From: Tubiluchus corallicola
Lineage: Eukaryota > Animalia > Priapulida
Reading direction: 5' to 3'
DNA length: 39,086 bases
Assembly: GCA_030141605.1 (NCBI GenBank)
Contig: JAQGDQ010001472.1
Span: forward strand, 1 to 39,086
Positions within the stretch are counted from its first letter, which is position 1. Each line of letters begins with the position of its first letter. The notes below the pieces were generated by a model. It had not been told where the DNA came from. It was given only the letters and a program-made list of their open reading frames with translations, and searched no databases. This document shows, piece after piece, positions 24,681-37,709 of the stretch. The position numbers were made by a program, and so were the translations under genes.

Positions 24681-25840
24681 AAGAAAGGGGGGCATCGGCT
24701 GCCAAAATGGGAATCTTTCGTTGGTTCTTTTTTGCAAAACTTGACCGAACACCACATACAAAAACATTCGTGAACATAGAGGTTTCAGAGGGAGTGGTTA
24801 GTACCTCTTTTTTATTATCTCCACTAGGACATAATATGAGTTGGTTTGAGGTCTGTTTTCGTGAAATCCTCACTTGTAAAACTGTGTAACGCTGTCTATA
24901 ACCTAAGCTTATTAATGTGTGTAACCCTATACAGTGACTTGGTATATATTTGTCAGTCTATTGTCATCGCCTAGTGGTAAAAAAAGGTATATAAATACTA
25001 CGTAGAACATTTATGCATTATTGATTATATATATTAGATTATATATTATATGTAGTGGGTGCATAGGCCCTTTTTTGGTTTTAATTTACTGCCACGGTGC
25101 TGCCACCTGTTTGTTGATTTAGCAGGCTTTTTACCTTTTACAGTAGTCACTCTTTTAAAATTGAATAATCCTTGAATACATTAGCATTTTGGCCTTTCGT
25201 GACCTATAGCTGTAGTAGTTGTATGACATTTTACCCGTCTTTTGGTTCTCTCCGCCATTGCTCTATTTTTCTGACTGTGATGAGCATTATGACTCTAAAT
25301 TTCTTACGATTTTATTGTAGTGACATCGTTGTTCTTAAGGCTACTTGGAGTTCTCATTCCTGTCTTTGGAACTGTTAAAGGCTCTAACTACGTAAGTTAT
25401 TGTTAATTAATTTCAATATAGTCTACATAATTTTTATATCAGTTCTTAGTTATAGCAATACATTTAATCATGCAACTAATTTTCTTCTATTCAATGCAAA
25501 TTAAACTAAATGTTAATAATTGTCGTTCAGAATAAAAAAACTTTTGGTCAACACGTTAAACTGGTGTTTTGTATCCATTTCATTATATCCATTTAACGAA
25601 CAAATATTTTGTGAATTTTTTGCTAGTCTATATAATACCAATACAAGTACATTTTTTTATATACAAGTACATTTTTGTATGTTTACTTGTTTATATTTGT
25701 GTTAAATATTTTTAATCGAAAGAATCAGATCAGTAAGTTTAGGATAGTTCATCTTTGCTGGAGATCTGCTTTCTACTGGTGACCATTCTAGTTTTATTAT
25801 ATAAAGTTGAATTGGAAACCAACTGCATCAAAATAACACA

Positions 25841-26000
25841 TGTGCCATTATTTTCCTACTTTTCCATTTGTGCCATATTTTCGTGTGTAGTTTTGCCATG
25901 CTATTTTTCCTGTGCCATTTTTAACTTTGCCATTTTACCTTGAAATTTTTTCTTGTACCATTTTTACCTGTGCCGTTTTTTTCCTGTGCAATTTTACCCT
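25841..26000. repeat. Degenerate ~15-bp repeats (TGTGCCATTTTTWCC), probably the subterminal array of a DNA transposon end
   Basis: About 10 imperfect copies; no partner end seen. Confidence 0.55.
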
Positions 26001-26265
26001 GCATCGTAGAAACCGTCAAAAATGTTAAGCAAAATAAACTATTTTCCTATTTGAAAATAAAAATGCGTTCGAAATACTTATTAGGTATAACTGAAATGCA
26101 TACCGTGATATGAAAGGCTGACATTTGAAAAATGTTTATTGAAAGTGTATGCGCATGCGCTAAATACAACTCCAACAGTCTTTTAGATGTAATTTATGAT
26201 TTTTTATTGTCCAAAATGGGCAATCGTCGTCTCATCCCAAAATCAGTATCACATCATGACATATT

Positions 26266-26313
26266 TGACTGACTGACTGACTGACTGACTGACTGACTGC
26301 CTGACTGACTGAC
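26266..26313. repeat. (GACT)n microsatellite
   Basis: Direct reading. Confidence 0.95.
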
Positions 26314-26449
26314 ATATTATGTGCGACTCGACTTCGTTTTATCTGAAGCAAATAAAAACATTATCTGCTAATCCAATGTCAAAAAGATAATTAACTGCTA
26401 TAATGAAAACATATACTAATATTATGAAATATGAAGAAATCAAACTTAC

Positions 26450-26700
26450 ATCTTTGCCGCATCTTACTAACTTGCTAAAGAGAACTCGACTGACTAACTA
26501 ACTTACTTACTAACTTGCTAAAGAGAACTCGACTGACAAAATTTTGTGATAAAACGACACGACGTACTGAATAAGAATGACTTCTTTCCTATCCTGTCTG
26601 CAAAATGAGGCCAATGGCGTATTTCCGGTCCTAGCTCACCTGTCTATCAACAGCCTAAATTTGCAAAAAACAAACACAACGCGGCACCACGTGCTTATAT
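26450..26700 (-). promoter_or_regulatory. Putative promoter and non-coding first exon (~26450-26568) of the minus-strand scramblase
   Basis: Donor AGAT|GTAAGT at 26449; Inr-like TCAGT near 26568; CCAAT (26612), ETS-like TTCCGG (~26623) and CACGTG (26688) upstream. Shares TATCACAA...GTTAGT...AGAT|GTAAGT with the candidate exon of the other paralog. Confidence 0.5.
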
Positions 26701-27008
26701 CCAAAACAGAAAACAAATATATCCTGGATTGTACAAAATCACTGAACAGCAAGATGATTTCGACAGCTCATTACGCATTTTACTGTCGCAGCTTTTAGTT
26801 TCTGCTAAAAAGTGTAAACGCCGCTTTTTCCTTTCCTTTATTAATTAAGAAGAGAAAAAATAGTTTATATATTATTTTATTATTACTAATAAAGCCTGTG
26901 TGGGACATTAGCCCACTTTATTCAAAGTGCAAGCTAATGCCAGCATGGCACTAGAATTTCTGTGTTTTAAACTTAATATAATATATTAATTTGTGTATTA
27001 TATTACTA

Positions 27009-27028
27009 TAATAATAATAATAATAATA

Positions 27029-27081
<53 letters not shown>

Positions 27082-27088
27082 AATGATG

Positions 27089-27166
<78 letters not shown>
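27009..27166. repeat. (AAT)n(GAT)n(AAT)n compound microsatellite
   Basis: Direct reading; followed by GCTTTATT, so possibly a minus-strand retroposon tail. Confidence 0.95.
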
Positions 27167-27194
27167 GCTTTATTTAAGGTGGATGACACTTTAA

Positions 27195-27653
27195 CCCTTT
27201 CATACTCGTTGTATCCCGTGGGATACGAAAATATTTTCTGCCTTTAAAATTAATAAAATTTTAAAACTGACAGTTATTTGATCTGTTAATAGTTATTTTG
27301 ATTTAAGCCAATAACAATAGACTAAAAATGGTGATAAAATGCCAAACTAGAAAATCTACATAGCATAAAAAAACTGCGCAAGGTACTTTAGAGACGACTT
27401 TGTACAGATCAGCATAGCATGCATGCTATATGTCTTAAATACTTTAAAAAATTATCAGCAGTTGGAAAATGAAGCACATTTTTTGCTTTTGTTGTGTTTT
27501 TAAAAAGTCGGACTTTGTTTTTTCATATGACAAAGAATGTTGTGTATCCCACAGGATACATTGGGAACATTGAGATACAAGATGGACATACTGAACAAAA
27601 GTACCAAGCCAAAAAATTTTCCTTATTAAAAAAATAATTTGGGACTGAAAGGG
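27195..27653 (-). mobile_element. piggyBac-like non-autonomous element, copy 2
   Basis: TTAA TSDs and CCCTTTCA TIRs; reverse complement of the 2180-2640 family with a variant internal segment. Confidence 0.9.
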
Positions 27654-28019
27654 TTAACCTAAAGAGGTTTACTTTCATTTGTTATTATTGTTTATGATAC
27701 TACATATACCTGTAAGATGCACGGCCATATAATCTAATCAAGTGTTGCCTCCTCAACAAAGGACTGATGAATATGTTAAGACATTTATCATTTCTTGTAC
27801 TGTTCAGTTTATATCGTAATTATGAATTACTACAAACACACTATATAACTCTTTCAAACTATCAGCAATATGTTTTTCTAATATAACAGATATTTTTCCA
27901 TTACTAATTCCGGTGGCATAATAAAAGCTTTGCTTCCTTGATCTCAAGCTACATTCATATTTTTATCTGTACTTTGCTTTAAGGGTTACTATTTATTTAC
28001 GTACTTTATGATGTAGACG

Positions 28020-28560
28020 TATCTTTCTTTTCACAACTATAAAAGCATAGAAGAACATCGCAGCATGAGAATAAAATTCACACAACTGTTAAAGGCAAAT
28101 GCACCCAGCGCAAACTAAAGACTACTGTGCCAAAAATTTAAAAAAATATACATTGTAACATTACACGGAAATTATAATAGACTATATACAATATATACAT
28201 ATAATTTAAAATGGACGTGGGTAAATAAAATTTGTGAATGAATATATATTATCGTTTACGTATGTTGGGTTTTCAAAACGATTTAATGTATGTATTTTTA
28301 ATTTTGATTTGAATTCGTCGAAAGACTTGATTTGTTTTAAATTTGATGCCAGAGCATTCCAAAGTTGAACTCCTTGTTTAGTGATAGAATTGTTGCCGTA
28401 TTTGTTATTAGTGCGTATTTGTTTAATATTGTGTGTTCTTGGATTTAATGTTGCCTCCAAGAGGAGTGGAAGTTTATTTTTGAGGAAGGGCGTGTTCATA
28501 TTGTTGATGTGTTTATATAAAAACAGGATTGTGTAGAAGTCTTTATGTGCAAGCAACGTA
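28020..28560 (-). mobile_element. L2/Crack-like LINE 3' fragment, sister subfamily of the (TAC)n element
   Basis: ORF 28206-28556 aligns along its length with 38412-38897 (LFLYK.INN.N.PF..NKLPLL...IRTNN.YG.NSITKQ..QLWN...F.SKLK.H...RFE.PTY...NFI.PRP). Confidence 0.8.
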
Positions 28561-28899
28561 GGTGTAATCGTGAATAATTATTTAATTTGTGTTGGACAGC
28601 ATCACAAACAAACAGGAATAACATAAGTGGGGAATTTACGTCGAACTTTGAGCCCCAATATTGAAGTGTCTTTCAAGTAAAGTAGTTCATCGCTTCCACT
28701 GAATCAGTGACGATCCTGCCTTTCGTGAAGACAAAAGGTAAAACTTACATAGGTGTTTTAATAAAGAATAATTTGAAGGAAAATAAAGTAAGAAGAAGTA
28801 AATTAATTTGTCACCTGTTAAGTGTGCTCAGTTGCCTCCTCTGTTGTACATTGTCCAGTTGCTGCTATGCTCTGTTGTTTTGCAGTTTAAAAGTTTTGT

Positions 28900-29482
28900 A
28901 CCTAGTCAAAAAGAAAAATATCTGGGTCATATTTTATCAGATGACAATAGAGATGATTTAGATATATTACGACAATGTTCAATTTACTATGGTAGAGCAA
29001 ATAAATTACTCATGAAATTTACTCACTGTTCAGTTAACGTGAAGAGACAATTGTTTAATGCTTACTGCACTACTTTTTATTGTATGTCCACTTGGAGACA
29101 TTTTTATTCTTACAATCTTAGCAAACTCAAGGTTGCATATAATGTATCAACACGGAAGCTGTTTAACTTTTCATATGATACGAGCGCAAGATATATTTAT
29201 ACTAGACTTAATATTATTTATTTTGATGTTATTCACAGAAAATGTGCATACAGTTTATACGTCAGGCTGAATAACAGTGAAAATTTTATAGGCAAGAACA
29301 TTTTAAACAGTGATGCAAACTTTACTTCTGTAATTAGACGTCATTGGCGTAGTTTCTTATATCGTTAATTGTTATTTGTGTTATTGTTGTGTGTCATGAT
29401 TTATTGTATTATTTGTATTAATTTGTAATGCGTATATGAACTTTGTAATGTTTGAAATAAAATATTAAATCTAAATCTAAAA
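28900..29482 (+). mobile_element. Non-LTR retrotransposon 3' fragment (RTE-X-like; clade uncertain)
   Basis: KYLGHILSDDNRDDLDILRQ...ANKLLMKFTHCSVNVKRQLFNAYCTTFY...KLKVAYN resembles an RT thumb/C-terminal region; 3' UTR with AATAAA and a (TAAATC)n tail. Confidence 0.8.
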
Positions 29483-29529
29483 ATCATTAATGTAAATTCC
29501 AATGTTAATTGTAATGTAAATCGAATCCT

Positions 29530-29830
29530 TACATCTTTCCATTTTCCATTGTTCCACCATCTTTGTCACCACATCTTCACATTCATAACCTTTCACGATT
29601 TTTTTCTTTTATTCTACACGTTTTGCATCCCTTTATTCCATATCGCCTATTCGGCTCAGATCTTACAACTCTAACTTTTCATCTGAGCCGATAATTTGTC
29701 TTCCTCGTTGTAAACTATAAGGCTATATCTACTTTAAGATCATTTCTGATGTCTTTATATTGTATATTTTGTATAACATATTGTCATTTTTGTGTAAACT
29801 AGATTTGGAATATATAAACTAAAATAAATG
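29530..29830 (+). mobile_element. LINE 3' UTR remnant
   Basis: Pyrimidine tract, hairpin TCGGCTCAGAT...ATCTGAGCCGA, TG-rich run and AATAAA. Confidence 0.5.
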
Positions 29831-29871
29831 AATGGTAAGTGAAAATACTTAAAAATGGGAGTGTGACGAAG

Positions 29872-29936
29872 ACAGCAGATGGCACAACTAGTGTTTGATA
29901 AGTACAGCAGATGGCACCACTAGTGTTGGATAAGTA
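29872..29936 (+). promoter_or_regulatory. 32-bp tandem duplication, each copy carrying a CTCF-like motif
   Basis: ACAGCAGATGGCAC(A/C)ACTAGTGTT(T/G)GATAAGT x2; CAGCAGATGGCAC fits the CTCF core CASYAGRKGGCRS. Confidence 0.45.
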
Positions 29937-30055
29937 TTCACGTGCAGAGAGGATAGGGAGCGCGGGAGTTGAAATGGCAGACTTCGATATTTACTAAAAG
30001 TTAGTATGTCGAAATAGGCTCAGATTGATGCGAATACTTGAGTTGTATACCTGCC

Positions 30056-30834
30056 GATTACTTTGTATCCTAGGAAACCGTAAACTGTCAAAAATGGTAA
30101 GAATACTTTGTATCTTGAGAAACTGTAAACTGTAGAAAAATTGCATGATTACTTCGTATCCTAAGAAACCGTAAACAGTAGAAAAATGGCAAGATTACAT
30201 TGTATCCTAAGAAACCATAAACTGTAAAAAATGGCAAGATTACTTTGTATCCTAAGAAACCGTAAACTGTAGGAAAATGGCAAGATTACTTTGTATCCTG
30301 AGAAACCGTAAACTGTAGGAAAATGGCAAGGTTACATTGTATCCTGAGAAACCGTAAACTGTAGAAAAATGGCAAGATTACATTGTATCCTGAGAAACCG
30401 TAAACTGTAGAAAAATGGCAAGATTACATTGTATCTTAAGAAACCGTAACTTGTAGAAAAATGGCAAGATTACATTGTATCCTGAGAAACCGTAAACTGT
30501 AGAAAAATGGCAATATTACTTTGTATCCTAAGAAACCGTAAACTGTAAAAAATGGCCAGATTACATTGTACCCCAAGAAACCGTAAACTGTAAAAAATGG
30601 CAAGATTACATTGTATCCTAAGAAACTGTAAACTGTAGAAAAATTGCAAGATTACTTTGTATCCTAAGAAACCGTAAACTGTAGAAAAATTGCAAGATTA
30701 CTTTGTATCCTAAGAAACCGTAAACTGTAGAAAAATGGCAAGATTATTTTGCATCCTAAGAAACTGTAAACTGTAAAAAAATTGTAAGATTATTTTGTAT
30801 CCTAAGAAACTGTAAACTGTACAAAAAATGGCAA
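30056..30834. repeat. 46-bp minisatellite, ~17 units
   Basis: Unit AAGATTACTTTGTATCCTAAGAAACCGTAAACTGTAGAAAAATGGC. Confidence 0.97.
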
Positions 30835-31282
30835 TAATAAATTATGCTAATAAATTCTGTAACATATTTCGTAAAGGTTCGTGTTCGCGTTCATATTTCG
30901 TCTTACATACTAAGTGGAGAGAAGAAAATTATTTTAATTACTCTAAATTTAAATTTATATTGTGTTTACATCATACTTTTATAACTTTTGCATAGTGCTG
31001 CCACCTTCGGGCATTCTTGTTAAAATTGCTAAATCACTTTACTGCTTTAAATTTCATTGGCTTTTACATGTATGCATAATTTCTAAACCTGTTTCCACAC
31101 TTAACTGATTTCACCAGCAATTTTGGTCAGTTGTTCTACTGGCTTTCAACATGACGCTACTTCAGAAAAAAATCAATAAATTAAATTTCAGGTTTTTTGG
31201 TTTCTTTAAAACCAGTAAGTATCTATCTATTTCATTCTGAAGTACTTTGAAACAGATACATTTTGTAACTGGATAAGCTACC

Positions 31283-32608
31283 AAATATTTGTCTTACTGA
31301 ATGTCTGTGCGTGCTAGCAAATATTTGTCTTACTGAATGTCTGTGTGTGCTAGCAAATATTTGTCTTATTGACTGGATCTGTGCTCTAGCAAATCTCTTT
31401 GTTATTGACTGTCTCTGTGTGCTAGCAAATCTCTGTCTTACTGAATGTCTGTGCGTGCTAGCACATTTCTGTCTTACTGACTGTCTCTATGCACTAGCAA
31501 ATCTCTTTGTTATTGACTGTCTCTGTGTGCTATAAAATCTCTGTCTTACTGACAGTCTCTGTGTTCTAGCAAATATCTGTCTTACTGACAGTCTCTGTGC
31601 TCTAGCGAATCTCTTTGTTACTGACTGTCTCTGTGCGCTATAAAATCTCTGACTTACTGACTGTCTCTGTGCGCTATAAAATCTCTGACTTACTGACTGT
31701 CTCTGTGCTCTAGCGAATCTCTTTGTTACAGACAGTCTCTGTGTGCTAGCAAATTTCTGTCTTACTGACTGTCTCTGTGCACTAGCAAATCTCTTTGTTA
31801 TTGACTGTCTCTGTGTGCTATAAAATCTCTGTCTTACTGACAGTCTCTGTGTTCTAGCAAATCTTTGTCTTACTGACAGTCTCTGTGCTCTAGCGAATCT
31901 CTTTGTTACTGACTGTCTCTGTGCGCTATAAAATCTCTGACTTACTGACTGTCTCTGTGCTCTAGCGAATCTCTTTGTTACTGACAGTCTCTGTGCGCTA
32001 CAAAAATCTCTGACTTACTGACAGTCTCTGTGTGCTACAAAAATCTCTGACTTACTGACTGTCTCTGTGCTCTAGCAAATCTCTGACTTACTGACTGCCT
32101 CTGTGTGCTAGCAAATCTCTGTCTTACTGACAGTCTCTGTGCTCTAGCAAATCTCTGTCTTACTGACTGTCTCTGTTCTCTAGCAAATCTCTGACTTACT
32201 GACTGTCTCTGTGTGCTAGCAAATCTCTGACTTACTGACAGTCTCTGTGCTCTAGCAAATCTCTGTCTTACTGACAGTCTCTGTGTGCTATAAAATCTCT
32301 GACTTACTGACTGTCTCTGTGTGCTAGCAAATCTCTGTCTTACTGACTGTCTCTGTGTGCTAGCAAATCTCTGTCTTACTGACAGTCTCTGTGCTCTAGC
32401 AAATCTCTGTCTTACTGACAGTCTCTGTGCGCTATAAAATCTCTGACTTACTGACAGTCTCTGTGCGCTATAAAATCTCTGACTTACTGACTGTCTCTGT
32501 GTGCTATAAAATTTCTGACTTACTGACTGTCTCTGTGCTCTAGCAAATCTCTGTCTTACTGACTGTCTCTGTGCTCTAGCAAATCTCTGTCTAACTGATT
32601 ATCTCTGT
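31283..32608. repeat. 36-bp minisatellite, ~37 units, built from two 18-bp halves
   Basis: Unit AAATCTCTGTCTTACTGACTGTCTCTGTGTGCTAGC; TCTCTGT recurs every 18 bp. Confidence 0.97.
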
Positions 32609-32712
32609 TTTCCATCAAATCGCTATATGGTTATCTTTGCTTTCATTCTTATCTTGCATTGTCTTCTAATTTTCACGTCTGGTTTTAAACCTCTGATTTC
32701 AAAACTCGCCAG

Positions 32713-32753
32713 CTATCACAACACGTTAACTATCGTTAGTTCGTTAGTTAGAT
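32713..32753 (+). other. Putative non-coding 5' exon of the plus-strand scramblase (5' boundary uncertain)
   Basis: Donor AGAT|GTAAGT at 32754 gives a 305-nt intron to the acceptor at 33058; sequence resembles the paralog's candidate first exon. Confidence 0.5.
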
Positions 32754-33153
32754 GTAAGTGATCAAACAGGAGAAAAGGCGTAAAATGAATGAAAAAGTTT
32801 TAGATAAATTTGCAAAAATCCAAAATATTGACAAAATCTCCTATTGCACATAAACGTACATGTATACGAAACGAACAGGTGCAAATTGATCTAAAATGTC
32901 TTTCAACCATTTTTTGTTTTTTGTGCTGCATCACATCATTTGCAAGCAACTAAGGAATGGCGTTTTATCAACGTACTGCCAGAGTGTTTAATAGAAAACG
33001 AGACAAAAGATACATGACGCGAGGAAGGAGACTTTAGAAACTTTTTTCTTTTTGTTAGGAGGTAAATCTTAGACCGTTCAGCGAACTATACACAGCACAA
33101 CTAGGAATAGTGTGGAACAGCAACCACAACCACAGTGGTCTGGAGACAATACA

Positions 33154-33924
33154 ATGGAGACCAGAGTGGAACAGCAGCCACAAACCCAGTGGCCTGTAGA
33201 CAATACAATGGAGACTGGAGTAGAACAACAATCACAAACCCAGATGTTTGGAATGAAAGGTTTTGCTGATGCTACTCAATACCCACCAGGTTTAGCTTAC
33301 CTGGCTCAGCTGGATCAAGTGCTGATACATCAACAGATTGAAATGCTGGAAGCATTCACTGGCTTTGAAACAAAGAACAAATACGTTTTAAAAAATAATA
33401 TGGGTCAGCAGATGTTCTTTGCAGCAGAAAACACATCTTGTTGTAACCGTTACTGGTGTGGACCTTTACGGGCGTTTGACATGAACATCTTGGACAACAC
33501 AGGCCTGGAAGTTATTCACCTTTATCGACCGCTCCGCTGCATGTCTTGTTGTTACTTCTGCTGTCTTCAAAAGATGGAAATTACTGCACCACCAGGGACA
33601 GTAGTTGGAAGCATTGAACAAGAGTGCTCAATATTTCCCAGGTTTTTAGTTTACAATGCAGTAGGAGATTTGGTACTCAGAGTAAAAGGTCCATTCTGGA
33701 CATGCAGCTGTTGTAAAGATGTTAATTTTGATATTTTATCAGCTGATGGCAACCAGCAGATTGGCAACATCACAAAGCAGTGGTCGGGGTTCGTCAAAGA
33801 AGCCTTCGTTGATGCAGATAATTTTAGTGTAACGTTTCCCAGGAGTTTGGGTATTGATACGAAGGCCACACTTATAGGCATGGCGTTTCTGATCGACTAC
33901 ATGTACTACGAGCGAAATAATTAA
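33154..33924 (+). CDS. PLSCR: Phospholipid scramblase paralog, 256 aa from first in-frame ATG, single coding exon
   Basis: Same PLSCR motifs (CMSCCYFCCLQ, KQWSG, DADNF, FLIDYMYYE). The track start at 33112 is a GTG; the first in-frame ATG after the TAG at 33070 is at 33154. Acceptor TTGTTAG| at 33058 is homologous to the paralog's acceptor. Confidence 0.95.
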   Translation: METRVEQQPQTQWPVDNTMETGVEQQSQTQMFGMKGFADATQYPPGLAYLAQLDQVLIHQQIEMLEAFTGFETKNKYVLKNNMGQQMFFAAENTSCCNRYWCGPLRAFDMNILDNTGLEVIHLYRPLRCMSCCYFCCLQKMEITAPPGTVVGSIEQECSIFPRFLVYNAVGDLVLRVKGPFWTCSCCKDVNFDILSADGNQQIGNITKQWSGFVKEAFVDADNFSVTFPRSLGIDTKATLIGMAFLIDYMYYERNN

Positions 33925-34027
33925 AATAAATTTGTTCTCGACATATTGATTACATCGTATGCTTTATGTAGCGATATACATGTCACACTGACTCACACAT
34001 TACCAAATACTGATCCTTTGTGTGCTT

Positions 34028-34780
<753 letters not shown>

Positions 34781-34864
34781 TTCTCGGCAAATTATTAATA
34801 TTTAACAACAATATCCAATTGGAATAAGCAACACAAATGTATTGGCATATTAAGATTCTAAGCC

Positions 34865-35500
34865 TTTGGAGCACAAGAAACCCTTCCACTTACATAAAGT
34901 TTAAAAAATTCGTCTCGAAATTTTATAACACTTGCATACTACCTTTTTACATGCATATCTTACATCGGCTGCAACGCTGTATAAAACGTGTAAATTTAAA
35001 CTCGCGCAATGACTGTTAGGCGCAGCCATTTTGATGGTAGGTCGTTTGAAACAAGTTTAGATAACATTGAGTAAAGTTCTAGAAAATAATCAGAACATTC
35101 GTAGCACACATGTTGCTAACTAACTAAATTTATAAATTACTGTATCTGGCCGATAAGATTAAAAATACGTTCTTGGCTAGTGAGTGCTGCACCCTGGAGA
35201 GTAAATCAGCAACATTTTGCCAATTGGCACAAACACTTAAATTATTTCTAGTTACATGAGTCTTTCTAGCTGTTAATATAGATTTACATGGAAACTTTTT
35301 TGGTACATTATGTAACTCTGCCTTTTCTACCCCTTATTTACGTTTGTGTAGTGACGTCATGTAATGACACGGTCGGAATAGCATTGCGGGAGATTTAAAA
35401 TGAACAAAAACAAAACTTCCTTTCAACGCAAGTACATTTATGCACCAAACTGCTGTAAAGTAGCAAAATTTTTAAGGCAATTTTTCTGAAACATTGTCCT
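34865..35500 (-). mobile_element. Kolobok-like element, near full length, upstream of a LINE 3' fragment
   Basis: Ends CCT|TTAA at 35500; degenerate opposite TIR near 34865-34915; inverted match to 37830-38324. Confidence 0.6.
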
Positions 35501-35750
35501 TTAAATTTTGTAATTTTGTAGAATATTTTGCAAAGCTTTTTGTGCATTTGATAGTTCTTGATTTGTCTTTATTTTTCTTAAACTCAAACTTTTTATATAA
35601 TACGTTCAAGCCACATATTTTTTTCAATTTCATTTATCTTTTATTTGTATGCTCATTGTATGTGACTTTAATTAATTTACCTCTTATATTGAACAATACG
35701 CATATTCTCTGTGGACCACTTAGGATATAACCGATACCGATAACAGTTAA

Positions 35751-36205
35751 CCCTTTCAGTCCCAAGTTATTTTTTTAATAAGAAAAATTTTTTTGGCTTG
35801 GTACTTTTGTTCTGTATGTACATCTTGTTTACACATAAATTTTTTTTTACCTGTGCCCGCGTGCTAAATATAGTCTGTATCCCTCGGGATACATTGGGAT
35901 TCAATGGAAGCATAAAATGTGCTTCATTTTGCAACTGCTGATAATTTTTTAAAGTATTTAAGACATTTAGTATACACGCTATGCTGATCTGTACAAAGTC
36001 GTCTCTAAAGTACTGTACCTTGCGCAGTTTTTTATGCTATGTAGATTTTCTAGTTTGCCATTTTATCACCATTTTTAGTCTATTGTTATTGGCTTAAATC
36101 AAAATAACTATTAACAGATCAAATAACTGTCAGTTTTAAAATTTTATTAATTTTAAAGGCAGAAAATATTCTCGTATCCCACGGGATACAACGGGTATGA
36201 AACGG
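35751..36205 (+). mobile_element. piggyBac-like non-autonomous element, copy 3
   Basis: TTAA|CCCTTTCA...TGAAACGG|TTAA; highly similar to 2180-2640. Confidence 0.9.
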
Positions 36206-36729
36206 TTAAGCAATCTAAGTAAACAAATATTAACAGATACTAAAAGTAAACTTCTTACTACTTTATTACTGCACAACTACATCACAAATATCACTTTATT
36301 TTTACGCTATGCACCAATCTAACGTACGAACAATTCCACTAGAATTGGAAGGCAGGAAGAATTATATAAATATAAATACTTGCAGATGTATGATGCCAAA
36401 CTAATAACGTATTAATAACACATTTCTAACACTATTTCAGGTGATGATAATGTTGTAGGTAATTATGGTGATAATGATGTTGTCCCGATGACGATAATGT
36501 TAATGATGATGATAATGATACTGATAAGTATAATGTACAATTTAATCTCTTCTCCCCCACTTAAATTTGGGTATATATATGTTTATATATATATATCATT
36601 GTATATACAAGTAAGCAATATGGTGCATTGTAATACAAGTAAATGGTGCATTGACAGATAATCACATAATTCATATTCGTAACCATTTAAAAAAAATTCA
36701 CTCTTTAAGGTTCACTCAAAGTCGAAATT

Positions 36730-36990
36730 ACATATCATGTTTTCCTTTCTCAACTTTCAGGTTTATTGCTATTATTACATCGTTTACTTCATCCTTATTT
36801 ACATTAAGTTATCTACAGCAGCATGCATAACTATAATCATTTTTTCATTTAAGTAAGGTGAGTGTGTTAATGACCGTATGGTCGTACACTCACCTCGCAC
36901 TACTCAAATTATTTTATTTAAAGTTTATTCATGTGTTTGATATTGTATTTTTTGATGTGTGAAATAAAATTCACATTTCATAGTTCATAG
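36730..36990 (+). mobile_element. Second copy of the (TTCATAG)n-tailed retroposon 3' end
   Basis: Aligns to 18985-19220; stem-loop GGTGAGTGT..GACC GTAT GGTC..ACACTCACC. Confidence 0.75.
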
Positions 36991-37709
36991 ATAATAACAA
37001 TTTACGGAAATAAAACCTTTCACAAAAATAATAAAAATACTAAAGGCTATGAGCCAATCAAAAACGGCTGGTTAATGGACAGAAAAAAAGCATCACAGTC
37101 AAAGGAATCATGTCCTTCCATCTTTGTACATAGTGTAAAATGGCTAACATAAACCTTATGCTACACTCAGCCATTGTTGTGACGTCATCCATTATACTAT
37201 GCCCATAACTTTAATTCAGTAAAAGCTGCTGCTGCTGGCTTTGCGTATAAGTGAGGACTATGTAGGATGTTCGCGTATTTTTGATTATACGTGTATTTAT
37301 ACGCAAAATTTTTTGCGGGGCCTTTGCTAGTATTGAAATAGTACTAAAAACTCTAAAATACTGCATACGACTAATATCGTTCCAAATAGCAAAGTAATAT
37401 ATCAAACTTATCAAGAAAACTTGAATCTTGTCAATAGTAACATGTCCTGCTGGCTAACCTTTGTAAAAAACATTCTATATCACAGTGGTTTCTCACATCT
37501 CCGGGCGCGTGATGCATGAAGCCCCACTTCATTCGTCCAGTAAAATTTAAGCTACCAGCGGCCTACGACAATTACTGGAAGTATAACCTTACTTAATGAA
37601 ACAGGCAGAAATAGTAACGAAAATAATAAACTGCGCACTTAATGCAAGTTTAAATCAGAATTTAAGCAAGAAAACTGTTTACATTTTATTAACAGCAAAT
37701 ATGAAAAAG

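Noticed and set aside
24602-24889. Overlapping 95- and 85-aa ORFs
   Set aside because: Non-ATG starts within TE debris; no recognisable motif.
31283-32608. Stop-poor minus-strand frame (ASTQRQSVRQRF)n and Cys-rich plus frame in the 36-bp array
   Set aside because: No ATG or splice context; single-base insertions near 32000 and 32040 break the frame; the plus frame contains stops.
33112-33153. ORF-track start of the second scramblase
   Set aside because: It is a GTG; the first in-frame ATG is at 33154.
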